Assembly (NCBI GenBank): GCA_902783035.1 | Contig: CACZPK010000019.1 | Location: forward strand, 4,147 to 68,146 | Length of the DNA stretch: 64,000 nucleotides | Reading direction: 5' to 3' | From: Oscillospiraceae bacterium | GTDB taxonomy: Bacteria; Bacillota; Clostridia; Oscillospirales; Oscillospiraceae | Shown here: piece after piece, positions 29,764-38,856 of the stretch | How the letters are laid out: each line of letters begins with the position of its first letter | Position numbering within the stretch: position 1 is the stretch's first letter | Translations under genes and position numbers: made by a program | The notes under the pieces: generated by a model | What the model was told of the DNA's origin: nothing | What the model saw: the letters and a program-made list of their open reading frames with translations, nothing else | Database searches by the model: none

Positions 29764-30612
29764 ATGAAACGAATTCTCACCATTCAGGATATCTCTTGCC
29801 TGGGCAAATGCTCGATCACCGTGGCGCTGCCCGTCCTTTCGGCGATGGGCGTGGAGACCGTTATCCTGCCCACAGCGGTACTGTCCACGCACACGATGTT
29901 CCAGAACTTCACGGTCAAGGATCTCACCGACCAGCTTCTCCCCATCACGAACCACTGGAAGAACGAGGGCGTGACCTTTGACGCAATCTACACCGGCTAC
30001 CTCGGCAGCGCGGAAGAGATCGACATTGCCAAGCACATTTTTGACGAGTTCGGCACGGAGGACAACGTCATTTTCGTCGATCCCGTGATGGCGGACAACG
30101 GCAAGCTCTACCCTGCCTTCGACGAAAGCTACGCCGCGCAAAACGCAACGCTGTGCGGCCGGGCGGATGTGATCGTGCCCAACATCACCGAGGCCTGCCT
30201 GATGACCGGCACGGAGTATCGTGAGCAGTATGACGCCGATTATATCAGGGAACTGCTGCAAAAGCTCTCCGCTCTCGGCGCAAAGCTGACGGTGGTAACG
30301 GGCGTCTCCCTCTCGCCGGGAAAGACGGGCGTGATGGGCTTCGACCGCCGCACGGGCGAGTATTTCACCTATCAGAACGACCGTGTGGATGCCAGCTATC
30401 ACGGCACGGGCGACATTTTCTCCAGCGTCTGCATCGGCGCGCTGATGCGCGGGCTCGACATGAACGAGGCGATGAAGCTCGCCGCAGACTACACGGCGGA
30501 CACCATCCGCGTCACGCTGGAGAATCCGCGCAAGCCGTGGTACGGCGTGGATTTTGAGGCAACGATCCCGCATCTGGTCAACGCGCTCGCGCGTGTTGCA
30601 AAGGCGGATTGA
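29764..30612 (+). CDS. pdxK: Pyridoxal/pyridoxamine kinase
   Basis: QDISCLGKCS, YTGYLGS, VDPVMADNG, HGTGD. Confidence 0.88.
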   Translation: MKRILTIQDISCLGKCSITVALPVLSAMGVETVILPTAVLSTHTMFQNFTVKDLTDQLLPITNHWKNEGVTFDAIYTGYLGSAEEIDIAKHIFDEFGTEDNVIFVDPVMADNGKLYPAFDESYAAQNATLCGRADVIVPNITEACLMTGTEYREQYDADYIRELLQKLSALGAKLTVVTGVSLSPGKTGVMGFDRRTGEYFTYQNDRVDASYHGTGDIFSSVCIGALMRGLDMNEAMKLAADYTADTIRVTLENPRKPWYGVDFEATIPHLVNALARVAKAD

Positions 30613-30644
30613 AAAATAACACAATGCAAAGAAGGAGCACCCCC

Positions 30645-30998
30645 ATGAAAATCGCAGCAACCTACGACAACGGACAGATTTGGCAACACTTCGGCAAAAC
30701 CGAGGCGTTCAAGTTTTACACCGCGGAGAGCGGCAGGGTCGTCTTCTCCGAGGTCATCGGCACAGGCGGGCAAGGCCACGGCGCACTGGCGAGCTTTCTC
30801 GCGGCGCACGGGGCGGACGCCGTGATCTGCGGCGGCGTCGGCTCGCCGATGGTCGCCATGCTGGAATCGGCCGGCATCCGGGTCTATCCCGGCGTCACCG
30901 GCAGCGCGGATGAGGCCGTGGAAAAGCTGCTGGCCGGTACGCTGGCGCTCAACCCCGCCGCCGTACACGAAGGCTGTCATCACCATCAGGAGGGTTGA
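30645..30998 (+). CDS. NifB/NifX-family Fe-Mo cofactor-binding domain protein
   Basis: MKIA..QHFG..GHG..VICGGVG; CHHH tail; AAGGAG RBS. Confidence 0.85.
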   Translation: MKIAATYDNGQIWQHFGKTEAFKFYTAESGRVVFSEVIGTGGQGHGALASFLAAHGADAVICGGVGSPMVAMLESAGIRVYPGVTGSADEAVEKLLAGTLALNPAAVHEGCHHHQEG

Positions 30999-31117
30999 CC
31001 GGGATTGCGTGCATACGCTCCGGCCACGGTAAACGGACTGTTTTATGCTTTCCGTTTTCTGCCGCGGCCGGAGCTTTTTTTCTTTTTCTCCCGCCCCCCG
31101 CCGCGCTCTACTCGCGT

Positions 31118-31146
31118 TTGACAAGCGGGGGTCCTGCTGATATAAT
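31118..31146 (+). promoter_or_regulatory. Consensus sigma-A promoter
   Basis: TTGACA-17 nt-TATAAT. Confidence 0.8.
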
Positions 31147-31200
31147 AAGGGATATTATGGCAGGCTGGATCGGATTTGGCAGGACGGGACAAGGAGTAGT

Positions 31201-33714
31201 ATGATTGCGGAACTGCTTGGGCTTTCACCGGAATTGAATCAACCGGGATCGCTGCTGATGCAGTTGATGCTGGCGCCTTATGACGAGATCATTGAGTTGG
31301 ATCTTGTCCATGGGCAGGTTCGCAACATCCGCCACACGGAGGGCAAGTATTTTGTTCCCGTATCGGATGCGCCCTATCGCGACATTTTCCGCTACAGTGC
31401 GGAGAACATGATCCACCCGGACGACCGCGAGGCTTACCTTGCCTTCAACGACGCCGCCACGCTGCTCCAGCGGCTGGAGCAGTCGGAAACCCCCGGCATG
31501 ATCCACACCCGTGTGCGCTACCGCCTGCTGGAAGGCGGCTGGCGCTGGGTCGAGCGCGTGATCGTGGGCGGCGAGCGGCACGGGCTGTCTCCCGGCGTCG
31601 TCTACGCCTTCGTGTTTGACGTCGAAGACCAGATGGGCGAAGCCGAATCCGGCATATCGCGCGGCCGAAGCGAACAGACGGGATTGCTCCGGGAAGATGC
31701 GTTCTATGAGCGCGCCCGCGCGCTGCTGGCCGAGCGCGGAGACGAAGAATGGTGCCTTGTCTCCATCGACCTTGAAAACTTCAAGCTGTTCAACGAATGG
31801 TACGGCCGCGCGCAGGGCGACTTGCTGCTGGCGCAGATCGGCGCGCGTCTGCGCCGGGTCGAGGATTTTTCCGGCGGCATCGCCGGCTATTTCGGGCAGG
31901 ATGACTTTGCCATACTGGCGCCTTGGGACCGGCCGCGGATCGAGGAACTGTACCAGCGCCTGCACGGGCTGATCAAGGAATACGGCACCTCCGTGGGCTT
32001 CATGCCCGCCTTCGGTGTCGCCCCGGCCGAGCCGTCGTGTACGGTTGAAGAACTGTGGGACCGCGCCGCCGTCGCCGCGCGGCGCGCCAAGGACAATTAT
32101 CACACGCGCATCCGCGTGTTTGAACCGTCCATGATCCGGCAGACGGAGCAGGACTATCATATTCTTTCCGACTTTCAAAAGGCGCTGCGCGATCACGAGC
32201 TGTTCATCCAGCTCCAGCCCCAGTGCCGCATCTCAAACGGCAAGGTGGTCGGCGCGGAATCGCTGGTGCGCTGGCGCAAGGAAACCGGCGAAACGGTATC
32301 CCCCGGCATGTTTGTTCCGGTGTTGGAACGTTACGGCTTCGTCACCGATTTGGACAAATATGTCTGGGACGAGGTCTGCGCCTGGCAGAAACGCTGGATC
32401 GACGGCGGGCACACGCCGCTGCCGATCTCCGTCAATGTTTCGCAGATCGACATCTACACCATCGACGTACCGCTGCATTTTGAGCATCTGCTCGAAAAAT
32501 ACGGCCTGCCGGTAGACGTTCTCAAAATTGAGATCACGGAGTCCGCCTATGTGGACAACGGCTCGGTTGCCGACGCGGTGCGCCGCCTGCGTGAGCAGGG
32601 TTTTCTCGTCCTGATGGACGACTTCGGCAGCGGTTACTCCTCGCTGAACATGCTGCGCAACCTCAACGTCGACATCATCAAGCTCGACGCGCAGTTCCTG
32701 CGCATGAGCGGCGACGACCGCCGCAAGGGCCTCCAGATCATGGAGACCATCGTCAACATGGCGAAGACCATGGGTGTGCCCATCATCGTCGAGGGCGTGG
32801 AGACGAAGGACGAGACGGGCTTCCTCATGGGGCTCGGCTGCCGTTATGTGCAGGGCTACTACTTTTACCGTCCGATGTCGGTGGAGGACTTTGAAAAGCT
32901 GATCTCCGATCCCGAGCGGATCGACACGCGGGGATTCCGTTTCAAGACCCGCGAGCAGTTCCACCTCCGGGAAATTCTGGATCAAAGCGTGTTCAGCGAC
33001 TCGATGCTCAACAACATCCTCGGCCCCGTGGCATTTTATACCCTGCACGACGGCGAGCTGGACATCACCCGTTACAACCAGCAGTTCCGGCATGAGGCAA
33101 AGATCCCCAACTTTGCCAAGCAGACCAATTCCATTCAGCGCTTTGTGGTGGAGGAGGACGTACCGGCGCTGTTCAAGCTGTTGGATCAGGCGGTGCGCGA
33201 GCCGCTCAGCGGCGCGGGCGGTGTGGTGCGTTTCGGCACGCCGGACGGCGCCTCGGCGCAGGTGCGAATGCACTTTTTCTTCCTGGAGGAAACCGAGGAA
33301 GGCAAAAAGTTCTGCGGCTCGATCCACGACATGACGCAGTATGCCGCGCTCAACGATCAGATGCGTCTGCTGTCCCTGTTGACGCCGGACACCGTGGTGT
33401 TCCTGCACCGGCAGGAGGGCGAATTGGGTTTCCGCGTGGTGGTAAACGGGCTGGAGGATGTTCTCGGCCTCTCCGGCACAGCACTGGAGCAGGAGTTGCA
33501 CGACGGCATCTTCCGCGAACGCATCGATCCCATGGAACGTGAGACCCTGCTTCAGGAGATCGTCGAATCCGGCATGCGGATGGCGGAGTTTTCCGCGCCG
33601 TTTTCGTTCTCTGCCGCGGACGGCAGCACGGTACCGCTGCGGATGAAGTTCAATGTCGTCCATGACAGGAGCAGCGGCGTGGAGTACATTCTGATCCTGC
33701 GCAAGTGCGCTTAA
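31201..33714 (+). CDS. PAS-like, degenerate GGDEF, EAL c-di-GMP phosphodiesterase with C-terminal PAS-like domains
   Basis: GQDDF, AESLVRW, EITES, DDFGSGYSSL, EGVE, QGYYF. Confidence 0.9.
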   Translation: MIAELLGLSPELNQPGSLLMQLMLAPYDEIIELDLVHGQVRNIRHTEGKYFVPVSDAPYRDIFRYSAENMIHPDDREAYLAFNDAATLLQRLEQSETPGMIHTRVRYRLLEGGWRWVERVIVGGERHGLSPGVVYAFVFDVEDQMGEAESGISRGRSEQTGLLREDAFYERARALLAERGDEEWCLVSIDLENFKLFNEWYGRAQGDLLLAQIGARLRRVEDFSGGIAGYFGQDDFAILAPWDRPRIEELYQRLHGLIKEYGTSVGFMPAFGVAPAEPSCTVEELWDRAAVAARRAKDNYHTRIRVFEPSMIRQTEQDYHILSDFQKALRDHELFIQLQPQCRISNGKVVGAESLVRWRKETGETVSPGMFVPVLERYGFVTDLDKYVWDEVCAWQKRWIDGGHTPLPISVNVSQIDIYTIDVPLHFEHLLEKYGLPVDVLKIEITESAYVDNGSVADAVRRLREQGFLVLMDDFGSGYSSLNMLRNLNVDIIKLDAQFLRMSGDDRRKGLQIMETIVNMAKTMGVPIIVEGVETKDETGFLMGLGCRYVQGYYFYRPMSVEDFEKLISDPERIDTRGFRFKTREQFHLREILDQSVFSDSMLNNILGPVAFYTLHDGELDITRYNQQFRHEAKIPNFAKQTNSIQRFVVEEDVPALFKLLDQAVREPLSGAGGVVRFGTPDGASAQVRMHFFFLEETEEGKKFCGSIHDMTQYAALNDQMRLLSLLTPDTVVFLHRQEGELGFRVVVNGLEDVLGLSGTALEQELHDGIFRERIDPMERETLLQEIVESGMRMAEFSAPFSFSAADGSTVPLRMKFNVVHDRSSGVEYILILRKCA

Positions 33715-33774
33715 CGCAGTGAATTTCCGCGGGCGGAGGCCCGTAAATCATGATAGAGAAGGGCAGTGGCTTTC

Positions 33775-34761
33775 ATGGAGGAAAAGAAAATCAAACGGAT
33801 CGGCGTACTGACCAGCGGCGGCGACGCGCCGGGCATGAACGCGGCGGTTCGCGCGGTGGTGCGTACGGCGATCTCAACGGGCATCGAGTGCGTGGGCATC
33901 CGCCGCGGCTGGCAGGGACTCATCAACAGCGATTTTCGTAAAATGGACAGCGACAGCGTCAACCACATTCTCTCGCGCGGCGGCACCATTCTCTACACCG
34001 CGCGCAGCGACGACTTCATGACGCCGGAGGGGCGTGACCGCGCGGTGACGACCTGCAAGATGCTCGGCATCGACGGCATCATCGCAATCGGCGGCGACGG
34101 AACGTTCCGCGGCGCGCTGGAGCTTTCCCGCCTCGGCGTCCCGGTGGTCGGCATTCCCGCCACGATCGACAACGACGTGGGCTGCACGCATTATACCATC
34201 GGTTTCGACTCCGCCTGCAACACGGCGATCGAGTGCATCGACAAGCTGCGCGACACCATGCAGTCCCATGAGCGCTGCTCGGTGGTTGAGGTCATGGGGC
34301 GCAACGCCGGTTATCTGGCGCTGTATGTCGGTATCGCCGTCGGTGCGACCGCGGTTCTGGTACCCGAACGCGAGCTGGACTTCCAGCGCGACGTGATCGA
34401 ACGCATTCAGGACGCGCGCCTTGCGGGCAGCACGCATTTCATGATCGTGGTGGCAGAGGGCGTCGGGCGCGGTTTCGCCATCGGCAAGCAGATTCAGGAG
34501 GCCATCGGCATGGAGCCGCGCGTCACGGTGCTCGGCCACATCCAGCGCGGCGGCTCCCCCACCGCGCGCGACCGCGAAACGGCGACGCGCATGGGTTACT
34601 TTGCGGTCAAGGCAATGGCAAACGGCCACAGCAACAGCATCATCGCCACGCAGCACGGCGATATCGTGGACATCCCCATCGAGGAAGCGCTGCAAATGAA
34701 AAAGCACCTGCAAATGGAGCGCTACGACGTGCTTGAGGCGGTGGGCAACCTGAAGCATTGA
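33775..34761 (+). CDS. pfkA: ATP-dependent 6-phosphofructokinase
   Basis: LTSGGDAPGMN, GGDGT, TIDND, EVMGR, LGHIQRGG. Confidence 0.96.
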   Translation: MEEKKIKRIGVLTSGGDAPGMNAAVRAVVRTAISTGIECVGIRRGWQGLINSDFRKMDSDSVNHILSRGGTILYTARSDDFMTPEGRDRAVTTCKMLGIDGIIAIGGDGTFRGALELSRLGVPVVGIPATIDNDVGCTHYTIGFDSACNTAIECIDKLRDTMQSHERCSVVEVMGRNAGYLALYVGIAVGATAVLVPERELDFQRDVIERIQDARLAGSTHFMIVVAEGVGRGFAIGKQIQEAIGMEPRVTVLGHIQRGGSPTARDRETATRMGYFAVKAMANGHSNSIIATQHGDIVDIPIEEALQMKKHLQMERYDVLEAVGNLKH

Positions 34762-34845
34762 TGCCGCGTTTTTATGGCAAGATATTGCAGGGATCCGCTG
34801 CGCCGCGCACATCGGCGCGTTTCATGCGGCATTTCAGGATAAAGC

Positions 34846-34889
34846 AAAAACGGGAGACGGTTTCGCAGGGAAACCGTCTCCCGTTTTTT
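34846..34889. terminator. Bidirectional terminator
   Basis: A5-CGGGAGACGGTTTC..GAAACCGTCTCCCG-T6. Confidence 0.88.
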
Positions 34890-36451
34890 CATTCCTGTCC
34901 CGCCTCGTGGTGGCGCTTTTTGATCTCATACATCCGCTCGTCGCTCTCCCGCAAAACACGATCGATATCCTGCGGCGAGCCGTCGGTCTGCGCAATGCCG
35001 ATGCTCACCCCCGCGTCGAGGTGGTATTTGCTCAGCTCGCGCTGCACGGCCTCTTCAAACGCGGCGCTGCGTTCGTCGAGATAGGCGCGGTCGTTGTGCT
35101 CGTCCACCACCACAAACTCGTCGCCCCCCAGCCGCGCGGCAACCATATGCGGGAAAAACTCGTGGATCAGTTCCGAGATGCGGATCAGCACATCGTCACC
35201 GACATTGTGTCCAAAGTTGTCGTTGATGCTCTTGAACCGGTCGAGATCCATATACAGCAGATGGAACGGTTTTCCCATCAGGCCGCGCACCCGGCTGATG
35301 AAATACCGCCGGTTATACATGCCGGTAAGCATATCGGTATTTGCCGCGCGCAGGATGGACTGCTCATAGGCGCGGCGATAGGTATTATCCTGCATCATGC
35401 AGATGTAACCGCTCACATCGCCAAAGTAGTTGCGGATCTCCAGCTCGGTGAGGGTGTAATACTTGGTTTTTCCGCCCAGATGGAACTGGTAATCGCGGCT
35501 CACCATGTGTTTCACACTGTCCTCGGTGCGATCGCTCATGGGAATGAACAGCCCGCTCTTCCAGACGTGATAGTCGAACTGCGCAAGCGTCTCGTCGCTG
35601 TCCACGCCGGCCAGCTCGGAGAAGGCAATGTTCATCCGCATCACCTTCCACTCAGGGGAGAAGATGCAGATCGGATAGGGCATATTTTCCACCACCAGCG
35701 AAAGCTGGGCGCCGAGATTGCTCAGGTCGGTAACGTCATGCCCGACGCCGACCGTGCCGAACACGTTGCCGAACATGTCGTACACAGGGGTCTTGTAGGT
35801 GGTGAACTGCTTCATGCCCTCGCGGGTCTTGACCGCCTCCTCGCAGACGTACATCCTGCCGGATGAAATGGCGATCTCCTCCGATTCGGCACAAGCGTAA
35901 TCGGCGCTGCCCTCGGCCGGGCGCGGCGCGTCCCAAATATAAAAGTGGTCGCGGCCGTGTATATCGCTTTTCGGTTTGTGGGCGATCTCGGAAAAAGCGT
36001 CGTTGACCAGCGTGTGGACGCCGTCAAGCCGCTTGTACCAGAGCATATCCGGCACGGTGTTGATTGCCGTCAGCAGTGCGCTCTTGTAAAACCAGAGGTC
36101 ATATTCTTGCTTGAGCACACGAAGCAGACGCAAATAGCGGCGACGCAGGCCTTCCCTTCCCTCTTCGGGATACCACACCTCTTCCAGCGCGCCCTCCAGC
36201 CATGCCGCATCCGCAAAAGCGCCGATCAGAACCATGTGCAGACATTCCGGCTTGTTCTGTGCCAGAGCGCGCACCAGCGCCGCATCATCGGTCAGCAACA
36301 GCGTAGCGGCGTCCCCCGGCAGGGGAAACTCGCCGCCTTTATAGTCGGACAGGGTGCCGCAGACGCCCTGCGGAAAGTCCTGCTCGGATATATCCAGCTT
36401 CGGCGCACTCTCTGACAGCGCGCACAGCACATGCAATTTAAAGTCCATCAT
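34889..36451 (-). CDS. Cytoplasmic PAS-PAS-GGDEF diguanylate cyclase
   Basis: PAS/PAC (TYKTPVYD..GTVGVGHDVT); DMLTGMYNR, DLDRFKSINDNFGH, RLGGDEF. Confidence 0.9.
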   Translation of the reverse strand: MMDFKLHVLCALSESAPKLDISEQDFPQGVCGTLSDYKGGEFPLPGDAATLLLTDDAALVRALAQNKPECLHMVLIGAFADAAWLEGALEEVWYPEEGREGLRRRYLRLLRVLKQEYDLWFYKSALLTAINTVPDMLWYKRLDGVHTLVNDAFSEIAHKPKSDIHGRDHFYIWDAPRPAEGSADYACAESEEIAISSGRMYVCEEAVKTREGMKQFTTYKTPVYDMFGNVFGTVGVGHDVTDLSNLGAQLSLVVENMPYPICIFSPEWKVMRMNIAFSELAGVDSDETLAQFDYHVWKSGLFIPMSDRTEDSVKHMVSRDYQFHLGGKTKYYTLTELEIRNYFGDVSGYICMMQDNTYRRAYEQSILRAANTDMLTGMYNRRYFISRVRGLMGKPFHLLYMDLDRFKSINDNFGHNVGDDVLIRISELIHEFFPHMVAARLGGDEFVVVDEHNDRAYLDERSAAFEEAVQRELSKYHLDAGVSIGIAQTDGSPQDIDRVLRESDERMYEIKKRHHEAGQE

Positions 36452-36522
36452 GCCTGATTACTCCTTCAAGATGCCTTCAAGCTCCCCTCCGTTTCACAGC
36501 ATACTACTTTATTATGTAAATT

Positions 36523-37254
36523 TCAAGTCCCCTGCATCCGGAGCAGCGCAATGGTTTTCCCTTCCTCCAGCGCGGCGCGCAAAGACAGCGAGCCGTCCGG
36601 ATCGGCGCGCTTTTGCCAGAGCAGCGTATCCCCTTCAAAGCAGGAGGCGCGGTAAGCGATCTCCAGCTCACGGATATGCAGCGCCTGCCATGCCTCGCAG
36701 GTAAACGCACCGGCAAGGGCGCGCAGATACGCCACATTGTTCATATGTCCGCCGAGGTCGATGTCCGTGGAGCGCACCGTATAACGCGCAAACGTTTCCA
36801 TCGGTTCATCGCGCATACGCGTAAACGGCTCGGTCCACACCGCCTCGGAGCCAAACTCCAGTCCCGGCGTAAACACGTCCTCAAGCGGGTGCAGACGCCC
36901 CGTGTTCCGGTCCAGCACCGTCCATTCTGTTTTGCCCGCTGCAAGCAGCTCGCCGCCTTGCTCGATACGGTAGTCACGGTTCGTGCGCAGTTTCCCCGGC
37001 GTTTCCGGCCAGGTGGAAAGCGTCACCCGCTCCAGCATATGCGCCCGCCGGAAAAAGCGCACACGCGTGCGCACCGTCAGCCAAAACAGCCCCCGCTGCC
37101 CCAGCGTATCAAGGCCGCAGCCCAGCGCACAGGCATGCTCGGTGGCCGCGTCCATAAACAGCGCAAAGGTATCCGGTATTCCCAGCTTTGCGCTGCTGTC
37201 GCACATACTGGGCAAAATGGTGATTTCCCTTGTGAGCTCGTGTGGATTATGCAT
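36523..37254 (-). CDS. Acyl-ACP thioesterase
   Basis: Double hot-dog fold pattern; DIDLGGHMNNVAY. Confidence 0.85.
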   Translation of the reverse strand: MHNPHELTREITILPSMCDSSAKLGIPDTFALFMDAATEHACALGCGLDTLGQRGLFWLTVRTRVRFFRRAHMLERVTLSTWPETPGKLRTNRDYRIEQGGELLAAGKTEWTVLDRNTGRLHPLEDVFTPGLEFGSEAVWTEPFTRMRDEPMETFARYTVRSTDIDLGGHMNNVAYLRALAGAFTCEAWQALHIRELEIAYRASCFEGDTLLWQKRADPDGSLSLRAALEEGKTIALLRMQGT

Positions 37255-37389
37255 CGTGATAACCTTTCAGACTCATCATTTTTTCGTGCGCCGTTGTCTT
37301 CCGGTCATCCCCGGCGCACAAAGGATGCCCGGCCGTTCGCGCATCTGCCGCGCAGGTGGCGCCATGCGCAGCACAAACGATCGATGCTG

Positions 37390-38721
37390 TCAATAATTCG
37401 TGATGTATCGCTCAACCTCCCAGGAGCTGACGCGCGTGCAGTAGGCAAGCCACTCCTCTTCCTTGCCGATCAGGTACTGCAGCAGCGCATGGGTACCCAG
37501 CACGCCGCAGATCAGTTCATCGTCGCGCAGGGCGTCGGTCGCCGCCTTGAGCGAATCCGGCAGGGAGCCGACATGCTTCGCCTTGCGCTCGGCGGAGGAA
37601 AGCTCATAAATGTTGTCCGTGACCTCCTCGGGCGGCGTCAGGCCGCGCTTGATGCCGTCCAGCCCGGCCGCGAGGCAAACCGCCAGCGCAAGGTAGGGAT
37701 TGCAGGACGGGTCGGGGTTGCGCAGCTCAATGCGCGTGCCGCTGCCGCGCGGGGCGGGCACACGGATCAGCGCGCTGCGGTTCCCCGTCGACCAGGAGAT
37801 GTAGCAGGGCGCCTCATAGCCGGGAACGAGACGCTTGTAGGAATTGACCAGCGGATTCGTCAGCGCGCAGATGGCAGGCACATGCGCCAGCACACCCGCG
37901 ATAAACTGGTAGGCAACCGTGGAGAGCCGGCGCGAATCGCTCTCATCGTAGAAGGCGTTCCTGCCGTCGCGGAACAACGACATGTTGATGTGCATACCGT
38001 TGCCCGCCACGCCGAACAGCGGCTTCGGCATGAACGTCGCATGCAGGCCGTCCTTTTGTGCCAGCGTCTTGACCGCCAGTTTGAACGTCATGATGTCGTC
38101 CGCGGCGGTCAACGCGTCGGCATATTTGAAGTCGATCTCATGCTGACCGGCGGCACACTCATGGTGGGACGCCTCGATCTCAAAGCCCATCTCCTCCAGC
38201 GCAAGGCAGATCTTCTGGCGTGTGAGCGCGGCGGTGTCCAGCGGTCCCTGGTCGAAATAGCCCACCTCATCGTTGGTCCGGACGGTAGGCTTGCCGTCGG
38301 CGTTGGTCTTAAAGAGGAAGAACTCACACTCGGGGCCGACGTTGAAGGTATAGCCCATTTCGGCGGCCTCTTTGAGCACACGGTGCAGCACGCCGCGCGG
38401 GTCGCCGGCAAAGGGCGTCCCGTCCGGGTTGTAAACGTCGCAGATCATGCGCGCCGAGACGCCGGCCTCCTGATCCCAGGGGATCACGACAAACGTATCC
38501 AGATCGGGGCGCAGATACTGGTCAGATTCCTCGATACGGGTATAGCCCTCGATGGAGCTGCCGTCGAACATAATCTGTCCGTCGACGCACTTCTCGATCT
38601 GCGATGCGGGCAGCGTCACGTTCTTGAGCTGTCCGAATATGTCGGTAAACTGCATGCGGATAAAGTGGACGTTCTTCTCACGCACGATGCGGATGACGTC
38701 CTCGCGGGTATATCTGGCCAT
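37390..38721 (-). CDS. glnA: Glutamine synthetase type I
   Basis: FDGSSIEG, HHECAAGQHE, ATFMPKP, GNGMH, RLVPGYEAP, ELRNPD; GGGAGG RBS. Confidence 0.96.
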   Translation of the reverse strand: MARYTREDVIRIVREKNVHFIRMQFTDIFGQLKNVTLPASQIEKCVDGQIMFDGSSIEGYTRIEESDQYLRPDLDTFVVIPWDQEAGVSARMICDVYNPDGTPFAGDPRGVLHRVLKEAAEMGYTFNVGPECEFFLFKTNADGKPTVRTNDEVGYFDQGPLDTAALTRQKICLALEEMGFEIEASHHECAAGQHEIDFKYADALTAADDIMTFKLAVKTLAQKDGLHATFMPKPLFGVAGNGMHINMSLFRDGRNAFYDESDSRRLSTVAYQFIAGVLAHVPAICALTNPLVNSYKRLVPGYEAPCYISWSTGNRSALIRVPAPRGSGTRIELRNPDPSCNPYLALAVCLAAGLDGIKRGLTPPEEVTDNIYELSSAERKAKHVGSLPDSLKAATDALRDDELICGVLGTHALLQYLIGKEEEWLAYCTRVSSWEVERYITNY

Positions 38722-38800
38722 AAGCGCCGCCTCCCATGAATTTGATTGCGTATGATAAAACATAATATATAGTATACCGATTTTAAAATCGCGGCGCAAC

Positions 38801-38842
38801 AAAAAAGTTGAACGAAGCTCCATGGCTCCGCTCAACTTTTTT
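38801..38842. terminator. Terminator of the SLH-glycosidase gene
   Basis: A6-GTTGA..TCAAC-T6 inverted repeat. Confidence 0.65.
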
Positions 38843-38856
38843 GGATATCTTTGCCA

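Noticed and set aside
30645-30998. Nitrogen fixation
   Set aside because: NifB/NifX-domain proteins are common in non-diazotrophic anaerobes, and no nifHDK is present.
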